From Sminthopsis crassicaudata (lineage: Eukaryota): DNA of 64,000 bases. Location: the NCBI RefSeq assembly GCF_048593235.1, contig NC_133618.1, forward strand, positions 478,461,294 to 478,525,293. Direction: 5' to 3'. The number at the start of each line of letters is the position of its first letter. Positions within the stretch are counted from its first letter, which is position 1. Positions 11,164-22,906 of this stretch are shown here, one piece after another. A model generated the notes under the pieces. The model had not been told where the DNA came from. It worked only from the letters and a program-made list of their open reading frames with translations, and searched no databases. The translations under genes were made by a program, and so were the position numbers.

Positions 11164-12549
11164 CTGTAAGGAAAAAAGAAAAAAGACCTTTAAAATTCTC
11201 AGGATAGTCCCTTCCTCTGTCCCTTTATGAGGCATTAAAAACTTATAGAATCAACAATAATCAAGTCATCTATACACGCAACAGGGAAAATATCATCTTT
11301 ATTTAATGTGTATCATTGCTAATTGCTAGAATTCACATTATCAGTTCTCCTCATGAGATATCTCCCTTTGCTTTGGGATATTTAGAACGATTATTTTAGC
11401 GATATTACTTTTACAAAACACCAGAACCTAGTATGTGTCTCTATATGGTGACCCTGTATTTTTTCAAACTTGGACTTGTCTTTGAAATTTACTAACTCAA
11501 GGTCAATCCCCTGACAGAAAAGTTGCACATTATTCTCATACTTACCTGAATTCAGGAGCTCCAGTTATCTATTCTACAATCAAAGTGCAAGAGTTTTGTT
11601 ATTGTTGTTTGTTGTTTGTTTTATTTTGTTTTCAAAGTGTATACTGCATTGACATGGCTCTGGGAGCTTTCTGACTTACCCTGTATTTATTATCCATGGA
11701 ATTGTAGCAGTCTACACAATCTATACCAATAATATAAAAACGGCTATCAAATGAAATCTTTGCATTGTCCCAAATTTCTCTTAATCAATTTTGTTTAAGT
11801 AATGCTTTTTCTTAAAATGACGGAACTCGGCATCCGCAAATGAACCCAGATAACAAAACAGTAGAATGTATGAAGAACCAGAAAATAGAGCATTTCAAAA
11901 TAAGATTTAACCCCCTTTTACAGATGAGGAAAACTGAGGGTGCTGCCAAATGTTTTTGCAAACAGAAAAGACACAAGTTTCTGAGTGGACAAAGCATATT
12001 ATTTAACAATTCCTCACAAGGTTGGCTATATGGACTGGAACACTTCTGCTAAATTGTGCCACTAAGTTATTGCCCAGGAAATCACCCCAATTGTTATATT
12101 GATGACATTAACTGGCTTTTGTGAAGAATACTTGCTACATTGTACTATACGGAGCAACAAAGAGAAGTTTCAGACACACTACTTGCTGAAAGACACATTG
12201 TACTTTTTAAAACCAAATTTTTAAAAGCTGCTCTTTGGGAGAACTAAAAGGCTTGGCTTCTAATTCTATCAGAGATTTTTTTTTTCTTACACTCCAAACT
12301 CACTGAAATAACTATTTACTTTAGAACGGATCTGGTAAGTTCACCTTGGATCGCATCCAAGAGTTTAGTTACCAAAGTAATTCTAAAAGACCCTATTTAT
12401 AAGTATGCCTCACGGGGAAAGCTCGGTACCTGGACCCCCGGCTCTAAAACAACGGGATTATAAACTCCCTAAGGGCAGGGACCTGCCTCCTCCTTCCCTG
12501 CCTTCCCTTTTCCCCACGGCGCCTAGCCCCGCCAGCACTCCATGCTTAC

Positions 12550-12841
12550 TTATTGACGGGTTGACAGCGCCTCCGAAGCATAGCACATCAGTTTCGCGAA
12601 GTTCTCGGAGTGTCCCACGAAGTCCAAACTCGCCGAGGAAAGGAGGGGATATTCGGCCGTCGTCCAGCTGTTCTTCCGTGGAGCGCGCTGCAGCCGACTC
12701 TCCGCACTCTCTGCAGCCGAAGGCTCTCTGGAGATGAAACAGGAGACTTTGGAGGAGTCAGGGGCTGGTGTTCGCCCCGTGAAATAACTCATCCATCCTA
12801 GCGCCTCTGCGGACGCAGGACTTGCTCCTGATCCTAGCAGT
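12550..12841 (-). ncRNA. Predicted first exon of the - strand transcript
   Basis: TTTAAAAG at 12872-12865 with an Inr-like ccActgc whose A (12841) is 31 nt downstream; CpG-rich body; donor TAA|GTAAGC at 12550/12549. Confidence 0.5.
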
Positions 12842-12899
12842 GGTGACTGCTCTGTGCGCAGCCCCTTTTAAATGTTGGGTCCTGACTCACCTTCCCTCT

Positions 12900-13128
12900 T
12901 TCCTCCCACAATGCCCAATGAGAGACTGTTAACAAGACGAGATCCCAGGGTCTGTTTTCGGAGCAGATGGAAGCCTGCCAAATACGGAGGAGAGACTCGG
13001 CTTGCCTCCCAGCTCCACACAAGCTCCCTGTCCCGACAGAGCCAAACACCCAGAGCAAACTCCGGCAACCTCCCTCCTCCAAACTCCTCGAACTTCCAGC
13101 CCTAGTCTCGCAGCAAATTGGACCCCAG
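12900..13128 (+). other. Predicted + strand first exon (start approximate), 5' UTR or N-terminal coding
   Basis: Perfect donor CAG|GTGAGT at 13128/13129 at the edge of the CpG-rich region. ATG 12967 is open to the donor (54 codons, phase 0), but the peptide is not recognised. Confidence 0.5.
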
Positions 13129-13489
13129 GTGAGTGCTCCAGTCCCCACAGCAGCAACAAGTCAGCCCCTTAGAGGCCAACTCCTCTACCCAGAGCTTGCT
13201 GGGGAAATGTATGAGCCTCTCTTTTCTGAGGGAGGCCTCCGTCAGACTGGGGGGAAAGGGGATTTAAGAAAAAAAAATTAACTTAGATTTTAGTTTTATT
13301 AAACGATAGCAAAAGTACCAAAGATTGCTTGTAGGAGAAAACCAAGTCACCAAAAGATGCTGAAGTAGCCCCTCTGAATCATTACTCTCTCATACAGAGC
13401 CCCCCCCACACACACACACAATAAAGAGGGTGTATGTTGCCTTAAAAGGCATATAGCTGTACACACTGGGAGAAGCACCTCAATATAGA

Positions 13490-13790
13490 AGGAGCACAGC
13501 ACCAGAAATCAGGAACTATGAGTTCATTAGAAGCTTGTGTGATTCTCTACTTTGTCCCTCACTGTTCCTTGGCCAAATTACTTCTTTCATTTGTCCTCAG
13601 TTTCCCGTTTTGTAAAATAAGGACATTGAACTAGATAATCTCTATGTTCCCTTCCAGTTCTTTGACATATGATTCAGAGTCAAAACCACTTCATCCCTCT
13701 GAGCCTCAGTTTCCTCACTTGTCAAACGGGGATCATACAACTAAGCACAGGATCAAAAGAAATGATAAATGAGAAAATGCTTTATGAAAC
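13490..13790 (+). mobile_element. Two adjacent MIR-family SINE fragments
   Basis: cctcagtttcccgttttgtaaaataagg and ctctgagcctcagtttcctcacttgtcaaacgggg cores. Confidence 0.65.
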
Positions 13791-14099
13791 ACTTTGCTCT
13801 TTGTATACACCTATGTGGGTGCACACAATAATCATTTCTTAGTCCTTTTCAAGCAGAAAAGAGACTCAAGCAGAAGAGAGACTCCTAACAAACATCTGAT
13901 CCACCTGGGAGCCTCTTGGTTTTATTCCCTGATGATGACGGACCAGAGATAAAGGACAACTTTATTTTTCATATACTTTTAGCAGCTGAAACTATGGGAA
14001 GATTATTATCCAGTACTAATTTCCTTCCCCTGTGATCAGAGACGCTCCCCTGGGGCTGCAGCTGCGGTGGGGTGTTACCCAACCTTTTTCAATTAGAGC

Positions 14100-14590
14100 C
14101 CCACCTGTGAACATGCTGGGACACACTATGCCCCTGCCCACCTGTCCCAACATGTCCATCCTTCACCATCCCCTGACACCTGTCTATCTACACTTTCCAC
14201 TGCTCATACATATAAGTCCATCATCAATTCTCTCCTCAAAAATAGCTGCTATCATTTTTCCACCACCATCACCATTCCCCGAACACTCAAAAGTTGACAA
14301 ATGAAGTAAGGACACAAACTTCATCCTTCAAGGACCAGAAATTCCTGGTGCCTCTAAGACGCCTCCCCTGGCTGATCTACTACTGATTTCTTAATGTAGA
14401 ATACTTATAACATTTAGAGTCTCTTCCACACAGCAGAACTCTTAATTATGTTCTGTCTGTATTGCTTTCTGTTGTATAAGATTACTAGTCCTGACCCTAC
14501 AACTAGAGTCAGTCAATGATCCCTAAAGACACTGGCAATGCCGTATTTCTGCTTTAACAAATACAGACTAGTGCAGGACCAGATACACAG
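14100..14590 (+). mobile_element. L2 LINE 3' fragment
   Basis: Pyrimidine-rich L2 pattern, e.g. catccttcaaggaccag...gacgcctcccctgg..., ending in a degenerate ctagtgcaggaccagatacacagttg tail. Confidence 0.5.
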
Positions 14591-15109
14591 TTGTATCCCT
14601 TCCCTCTTCTTCCCCCCCAAAAAAACCCCCCAATTTAATGGATAGATTAATTCTTTACAATAAATCAAAGTGTCCTGGCACCCTCTTTTATCTTTTTTCA
14701 GATTATATCCTAAATCTTAAAATGAAGTAAATTTTTCGGATTAATTCCTTCCCTGACAAGATAGGTGAGGACAAGATACCTGTAGAAGAGAAGTGTTGAA
14801 ACAGAAGGGTGTAATGAGTGACTAAATTGCTAAAACAAATTTATGGACGTTCCTTAATAGCCATAATTTAAGTATTGCAATAGCTTCAGGACTAGAAAAT
14901 TTACATTATTTGCCATTTTGTAATTTCTAGGGAGGGAAGTTGGAGTTTAGAAGGTATTTGATTTGAAATGAATTTTCAGAGAAAGCATTGATATTGCAGG
15001 ACAGGTGACTTGATAGTACCTATTTTATCCAGCCTGAGGGCATAGTCAGATTTGGATCAGTTCATCTAGCTAATCTCCCAGAGTCCGCTTATTCAATCAT
15101 TCCCTCAAA

Positions 15110-15292
15110 GCAATGATTCTTAGCCTTTTTATGTTTCATGAACCTCTTTGGTAGCCTGATGAAGCTGATGGATCCCATTTTCAGAATAATGCTTGTAAAT
15201 GAATAAATAAAATTGATAGGATGACCAAGAATGCCAATTATGATTAAATATTATGATCAACATATTTTAAATACAAGTTCATGGACCACACT
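15110..15292. mobile_element. Charlie4z-like hAT non-autonomous DNA transposon
   Basis: gattcttagcctttttatgtttcatgaacctctttggtagcctgatgaagc...cagaataatgc...aagttcatggacc matches the Charlie4z pattern; related copies at 53.3 and 56.7 kb. Confidence 0.65.
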
Positions 15293-16264
15293 GTAGGGAA
15301 AGTGCTGCTTCTGATAGTATATGAAGAACCAAGAGAAGCCAAGCCGGTTATAAAAGAATTAGGCATGTGGGTCCAAAATTGACCCTTACAAGATTACATG
15401 TTTAACGTATTAGTTTTATTAAGTTCCCTTGAGCCATATTTCTACCTTTACAGCCCACCTAGTTCCTGTTAATGAAGCCTGCAGGACCAGCAATCAGGCA
15501 AAGTCAAGTCAGAAAATGCCCACCTTATTAGTAGAAATTTTCTTTTGACTTTGATTGAATTTTATAACACTATGACTGTGAATTGACCCTCTGATGTGAT
15601 GAAAAAGATTAATATTCATTACCCCAGTGAGTCCCCAAGAACAGCACGAAATGAACACCCTTATAATCTTTGAACATCTTGTACCAACTGTCGGGCTACG
15701 GTCTAATTTGGTCTGCTTTGGTCTTTCCATTGAGGCAGGGTCCCTAATTCCAGAGAAGAGAACTAGTATATGTGTCCTTGGAAAGGATGAGGATAGAAAC
15801 ATAAAAACCAAAGGAAACTCAGTTTTCTTCCCCTTTCAGTGTAAAAGCACTGAAAAGGCAGTATCGGGAATGAGCACATCAGCAAGTTCCTAGCTTCGGC
15901 TATGATTTTCAAAGACTAAGGTCTCCAATCTTTCATAAAGACAAGCATTAGGAAGAGTCAGAAAGCAGATTTTTTTTTAAGTACTTAAATACAAAAGTAT
16001 AAATATAGGGTCATGAATATGGAAAATCAGCTTATTTGAATGAAATGAATGATTGATTATAGAAGCTTTAATTTCCTGTATATGAATTTATGTGAAGACC
16101 AAAAATTCAGGGAATCCTCTTTAAATCTTTTAGGGGAACTTATCCTTTAAAAAAAAAAAAAAAAAAAAAAAAGACAACTTATTTTTTTTTAAAGTGACCT
16201 AGCCCATAATTTTAGGTTTTAAACTCTAACTGTAGATTTTGTAAATATCACATACATTTTCTAT

Positions 16265-16812
16265 NNNNNNNNNNNNNNNNNNNNNNNNNNNNNNNNNNNN
16301 NNNNNNNNNNNNNNNNNNNNNNNNNNNNNNNNNNNNNNNNNNNNNNNNNNNNNNNNNNNNNNNNNNNNNNNNNNNNNNNNNNNNNNNNNNNNNNNNNNNN
16401 NNNNNNNNNNNNNNNNNNNNNNNNNNNNNNNNNNNNNNNNNNNNNNNNNNNNNNNNNNNNNNNNNNNNTTTGNNNNNNNNNNNNNNNNNNNNNNNNNNNN
16501 NNNNNNNNNNNNNNNNNNNNNNNNNNNNNNNNNNNNNNNNNNNNNNNNNNNNNNNNNNNNNNNNNNNNNNNNNNNNNNNNNNNNNNNNNNNNNNNNNNNN
16601 NNNNNNNNNNNNNNNNNNNNNNNNNNNNNNNNNNNNNNNNNNNNNNNNNNNNNNNNNNNNNNNNNNNNNNNNNNNNNNNNNNNNNNNNNNNNNNNNNNNN
16701 NNNNNNNNNNNNNNNNNNNNNNNNNNNNNNNNNNNNNNNNNNNNNNNNNNNNNNNNNNNNNNNNNNNNNNNNNNNNNNNNNNNNNNNNNNNNNNNNNNNN
16801 NNNNNNNNNNNN
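16265..16812. other. Assembly gap (N) with a 4-nt island at 16469-16472
   Basis: Runs of n. Confidence 1.
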
Positions 16813-17375
16813 TGTTCCTTGTTCCCTTCTAAGCCAACTGGCAAGAAAAATAGAGCTCTTCAAATTATCTCTTGCAGGGAGTAGTAAAACTTTGTTTGCT
16901 TCCACATATGGTTGCCACTTGTCTCAGGCTCAGAAAAGATTTTCATTGAGGACTGAGTCCGAGTAACCTCAACTTTTTCCCCAAGCTTTTCCCGGTCCCA
17001 GTTCCACTGCTTCTTTTATCTCCTTTCCTTTCCTTCTTACCATCAGTTTTTTTAGGTTGGGTTTTTTTTGTTGTTTTTTTTTTTTTTTTTGTGTGTGTGT
17101 GTGTTTGGTTTTTGGGGGGTTTTTGGTTGTTGTTGTTACTATTTATTTTTAAAAGATTATTTTCATCTAACTATTCTGTTTGCCTACTAGTACTGCAACC
17201 TTCTTACTTACCCTTCACCAATTCACCAGTTCGTGAAATCAACTCTACTAATGACCTCTTAGAAACAGCAAAGAATGACTTCTTGACCTACCAATATTAT
17301 ATATATTGATATCTTGTGAATGTGGTAACTGACTTTTCACTATTTGGCACCAGAAAATAAGCTATTAAACCTCCT

Positions 17376-17379
<4 letters not shown>

Positions 17380-17454
<75 letters not shown>
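17380..17454. repeat. (CT)n microsatellite, about 37 units
   Basis: Directly visible. Confidence 0.98.
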
Positions 17455-17462
<8 letters not shown>

Positions 17463-20400
17463 TTCATTTGTCTGATGAGATTATTCATTCTCTTCCAGCT
17501 CAAATTCTATGCTTTACCCGGGCTATTCCTAAAACCATCCATCTGGGTCTATCAGAACCAGTCACTAAATGCCTTTGTAAATTGTATTGCCTGAACACAA
17601 ATGTGGTATCCTTTTAATCACTGGTTGTCGGTTTGTATAAGATGAGTAGGATCTCTGGGCAAATATATTTGACTTTGTCAAATGAGATCATCTGAAACAT
17701 ACAATCAATATTAATTTTTACTGAAGCCTTTGTATCTAAGGTTCTAAAATATATGCTCAAAAAAGGATATTCAGAAACACAACAAATCAAAAGAACACAC
17801 CAAAATAAGTCTCTAGTTCTCATGCCAGTGTGTAAGCTCCTTGAAGTTAACATTTGTTTTGTTCTTTTTTTTTCTGTATAGTATAATGACTGGCACATAG
17901 TAGATGCTTTGTGGAATTGTTTGTGGAATTGAAGTGAATTTAATTAGGGGAGATTAGACATGGAGATAAATAATTATAATAAATGGTACTTTATGGTGCC
18001 ATAAAAAAAGACAAAAACAGTTATGGATGAGGATTCAAGAATGGGAGAAAAAACTGGGGTGGGGTAGGAATAATTGTTTAAAGTGCTTAACTTCCTTCCA
18101 TCTACCCTATGAAACATTTTTCCACTAATTAGATTAATTAGATGAAACATCATGGAACAACATAAAGTTGGGATTTTTTTAATCCTCTAGATGAGGGAGG
18201 TCATTTAACAAACAAGAAAAGAACTCTGACCATTGAGGTGGTTAGTGCCCAGAAAGGACCTGAATCCCAACGTAATTGCTGCTGAGACAAACAACAGAAC
18301 CTAGGAAAACAAAAGAAAATGTCCTTCCACTGAAAAGCTGGTCTCAATAAATCCTTAAATTAATTTAATTTAAAATAAAAGAAATGATGGCTTAATCTCT
18401 TCCTTAAAGTCAGGGAGGAGGCTGCAAATATCTAGCATCCTGAGAAGCAGAAATCATCCTTCTGCCCGTCTTGGAGCCTCTCTTGGTCCCAATAGTTACC
18501 CACAGCCTCTTGATATCACTTCTGGACCCCGAAATGCTAACCAAATCCTCCATGTATACAAACCTCTGCCCCTTCTCTATCAAACCCACACCTTCTAAAT
18601 TTTTCTACGAAGTTAAAACACTCGCAGAATAAGTGGGATATTCCTCTGTCCAACTCAAGTATGAAGTTGCTCCTCTCCCTTAACAAAAACTATTCTTGAA
18701 AGCCCAGTTCATGTCACACCTGCCAGAAAATCTTCCCTGGTTTATAATATCACAAAATTACGTCTGGAAAGGACCTTAGAAGTCAATCCTCTCATTTTAT
18801 AGATGCACATCCAAAGAAGGCAAACAATTTGATCGGCTAATTAGTAAGTACTCAAGACACAATTGGAACCCACTTCTTAACTCCAAGTCCAGTGCCATAC
18901 CCATTACGGCATGCTAGCTTTCCAGTCTACTTTATTTCTTATAATCAGGATCCCACAACCCAGGTTAAATCCTGTCTTGTATTGTTCTCTAATTGCTTTT
19001 GTGAGAATTTTGTGCCCTAAGTAAAAGTCATGCGAGCAGGACTCTGCCTTCTAGTCCTGCTTCCCGGACTGACCACACAGCGGGGGATCAACTTCTACCT
19101 TAACTTGAATTGATTCTTACAATCTCCCTGCCCCCAACCTCCATGTAAGCTAATGATGCATAAAAGCCTGATTTTCCTGCTAAGGAAGAGAAAGGGTTAG
19201 AAGGTTGAGGGGGAGAAAGAAGAAAACAAATCTCAGAGTAAAATAAATCACTCATTTTAAAATTGTTTGTAAAAGTGTATTCAAGGATTAATCTCCAACT
19301 GATTGTAAGATTAAAGATGCCCACATAGTTTTGTTTTCTTTTGGGTCCCAACCTGTAATTTCATCAATTTAGACAACTCATCAGTAATTCACATTCTTAG
19401 AGATTTTCCTGAGTCACTGAGAATTGAAAGGCCAGTGTGTTTCAGAGACAGGATTTAAGCCTTTCTGACTCCAAGGCTACCTTTCTACAGGGTCTATTTT
19501 GCTCAATGGACAAATAAGTCTTTTTAAAAATTCATCAAAAATTTCAACAGGAGCTGTTGAAGCTCCCCCAAAACAAAAACATTACCCCAAACAAAAACAT
19601 TCCACAGAAATATTAGGGACATAATTGTGTCACCTTTTAGAATTCAGGACTGCCAAGCAAATATCTTATTTCCCCAAAGAGAATGAATACCCATTTTTTA
19701 AATGATGTGGAAAAAATTGACCCAAAGTTTCAGAAAAGGACTTCTAAAATTTCTGATGTTAAAAGGTGAATTTCTGATATCTCTATAAAAATTTCAGAGT
19801 AAGACCCATCACCTTACAGTAATTATAGAATAGATAAATTTTGTGGATTTAAAAAAAAATTTGAATGTAGCCATGATCATAGGGAATCATTCCTGGTCTC
19901 ACTTCGGCAACGGCTTTTCTAACTGTACGGAAGCCAAACTTCCAAGAGCTCAGCAGCATCTGGTTATAATAAAACCTTTATCCAGAATCTAGAATTCAGG
20001 CATACACCACTAAATTTGCAGAATGTGTCTAGCGCGGGAGAGAAGTGCAGCTACATAAATGAATAGATAAACTCCTATCTATTTTATCTTTGGAGGTAGA
20101 CAGAGCAAGGGATAAACGGTATCCCTGCAGCGTCACAGATCAGTCAGCAGCTGATCAAAGATGAATCCACTTAAATAAGGGTCATATTTTCAAAGGAGGG
20201 CCAAATTTCACTGTGAGATGTGACTATATAGGAGTGTGTTTGAAGGAGTCATGTATTAGCATCCAGGGGCAGAATTAGCACCTGTGTTTGTAGCTCACAC
20301 TGTCAAAATCTGCAAAAGTATTCTGAATTAGACCTCGGGCTCTCTTCTTCCTGCTGCTAGCAGTTCTCTCAAGATCCAAATGTGATTGAGTTGCACACAG

Positions 20401-20849
20401 TAGGCAATTAATAAGTGCTTGGCCAGCAGAATGCCAAATCTAGGATTGAATACTGCTGGAATAAAGTAGGGTTAATATAAGGATTTAGGGAAGAAAATAG
20501 AGCTTGAAATGTTATTCTTCAGAGCTGACAACTGGGCAATCCATGAAGTTGTCAGGACTGACATTTAAAATGCCTGAAATGATCAGATTGAATACATTTC
20601 ACCTTGTTTACTATATTTCTGATACCAGACATTATTCCTTTCCCATGGAATTGCCTGGCTATTTTGGCATCCTGAGATACGATTATCTACATTTTCACAA
20701 ACTATCTTATATGTGTCGATAATAATAATGTTAACTAGAATTTATATAATATTTTAAGGTTTACAAAGCACTTTCCATGTTATCTCAATTGATCCTCTTA
20801 TCAACAAAGCAAAACTATTTATTAGGCACTTACTGTTTAGCCATCAGAG

Positions 20850-21620
20850 ATTTCATCTATTCTCATAGCTTCAACTATCACCTCTATGAAAATGACTTAT
20901 CTGTATATTCACCCAGAGTCTTTTCCAGTCTCCAGTTCCATATTTCCATCTACAATCCGATCAATCCGCAAGCATTTATTAAGTATGTCTGGTACCATAC
21001 AAGATGCTAGGTATAAAAAGACAAAAAAATAAGCAATCCCTTCCTTCGAGAACTACATTCTTTTGGAAGAGGCAAAGTACACATAAAAACATAATTGAAA
21101 TATACATAAAGTAAAACAGGAGGCTGCTAATAGCTGAGAGAAACAGGAGAGCCTTTGGGTAGAAGATGGTTCTTGAATAGAACCATTTTTGAAGAGAATT
21201 TTCTGTCTTTTTCTATGCCAGTTCCAAATCCATTTCTATTACTCTTAGAGCTTCCCAGGCTTGAAGACTCATAGTCATACATCCTTTCAATCTTTCAGCT
21301 CTTTTATCCCCTAGAACTAACTCGTCACGGTAGCCTGTCAATTCTTACTTTGAAACATCTCCTGGATTTGGCTTCTTTCTTTCCATTCCTGCTACTACCA
21401 TCATAATCTAAGTACCCATTGCTGCCTGCCTAGCTTCCTTCAACAGTTTCCTAGCTAGTTATTCTGAATCTGCTTTCTTCTCAGTAATATCCTACGTGCT
21501 TCTTCCTCCTAAAGCACATCTCTCTTCTGTTACTCTCTTATTCTGGCAGCTTCAAATGGCAATTTATTGCTGGTTGCTTTTATGAGAAGGTCTTCCAAAT
21601 TTAACTTTGACATAGTTTGG
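20850..21620 (+). mobile_element. L2 LINE fragment with a nested opposite-strand L2-type piece (about 20955-21190)
   Basis: ctcatagcttcaactatcacctctatg...; caattcttactttgaaacatctcctgg...; interrupted by tcaatccgcaagcatttattaagtatgtctgg. Confidence 0.55.
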
Positions 21621-22254
21621 ATTTTTTCTCTACTAGGAATTCTCTATTTCAATCAGGCTAATCACCTTAATATTATTTGTTCACAAAACCAGAGTCTTTA
21701 GAATCGGAAAGGGGAAAAGGGAAGTTATACCAATTTTCCACACCTTGTAAGTAAAGAGTAAAGAACACTGGCCTTGGAATCAGAAGATTTGGTTTTAAGT
21801 CCAGATTGTGACATTTTATTACCTATATGACCTTGGATAAATAAATCATTTAATATCTCTGCTCTTGATTTTTCCTTATCTATAAAACTGGAGGACTGAA
21901 AAGAAAGATTTAAAATTCTGAGTGGGTAGGAATCTTAACTGAATTCCTTTGCGTATATCATCATCTCATTCTCCTTCTACTCCCTCCCGGCTTTGCCCTT
22001 ATTTCTGCTATTCCTTCATCCTGCTACTCATCCTACTTTTCCATTCCAAAGCTTATCAAAGTTTCCTCAATTTTTTACTTTTCCACTAGAAGGATTCTTG
22101 AATTACTCAATGCCTGACAAATAGTTGGTGCTCAGAAAAATCAATTGATTGATTATTCCACCTATACTGGTGTATCCTTTGAAATTGGATTATTCTACAG
22201 TTGTTTTTTTGTAAATGAGTAGATAATTAACTTCTCCAAAGGTAAGACTGATAC

Positions 22255-22490
22255 AGGGAGCTGGATGAAGCACTGAATCTAAATTCAGGAAGACCAAAAT
22301 TTAAATCTGGCCTTAGATACTTAGTAACTGTATGACCCTAGTCATGTCACTTATTTTTTATTTGCCTCAGTTTACTCAACTGTAAAATGGCAATAACAAT
22401 AGAATTTATCTCACAGATTGTTATGAGATAATTGTAAAGCATTTAGTTATAGTGCTTGGCACATAGTAGGTATTATGTAAATGTTTATTC
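22255..22490 (+). mobile_element. Near full-length MIR-family SINE
   Basis: Head, core (tgcctcagtttactcaactgtaaaatggc) and L2-derived tail (gtgcttggcacatagtagg). Confidence 0.75.
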
Positions 22491-22777
22491 TCTTTTTCCT
22501 TCTCTTTCCTCTATTTTCCCCTTCATAATTTAATACAAGTCTAGGCATAAAATTTAGGATAGATAAAAATGGTTTTTTAAATGAAATTATTAAATTGGGG
22601 AAATAAATAGGGAGATAACTGGACCATAACCCCTCTATGCCACTTATCATTTGGGGATTTTTGGACCCCAGTGAGAAATGTTCTCATCCTGTGATTGATC
22701 CCTGGGTAGATTCACCCTTGAACTGTTCTTGAAATTTGTATGTGTTCTATAGCTATCTTATGATACTGATTAGTCTT

Positions 22778-22906
22778 NNNNNNNNNNNNNNNNNNNNNNN
22801 NNNNNNNNNNNNNNNNNNNNNNNNNNNNNNNNNNNNNNNNNNNNNNNNNNNNNNNNNNNNNNNNNNNNNNNNNNNNNNNNNNNNNNNNNNNNNNNNNNNN
22901 NNNNNN
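22778..22906. other. Assembly gap (N)
   Basis: Run of n. Confidence 1.

Larger units (their letters stand above)
12390..13130. promoter_or_regulatory. CpG-rich divergent promoter region
   Basis: Clear CpG and GC enrichment against a CpG-depleted background; outward-facing strong donors on both strands; central AT element CTTTTAAATG; MEF2-like CTATTTATAA at 12393-12402. Confidence 0.75.

Noticed and set aside
12822-12863. Signal-peptide-like + frame LLLILAVVTALCAA
   Set aside because: No in-frame ATG after the upstream TGA; it overlaps the predicted core promoter.
16248-16905. Long ORFs at 16.2-16.9 kb and 22.7-22.9 kb
   Set aside because: Artefacts of N gaps translated as X.
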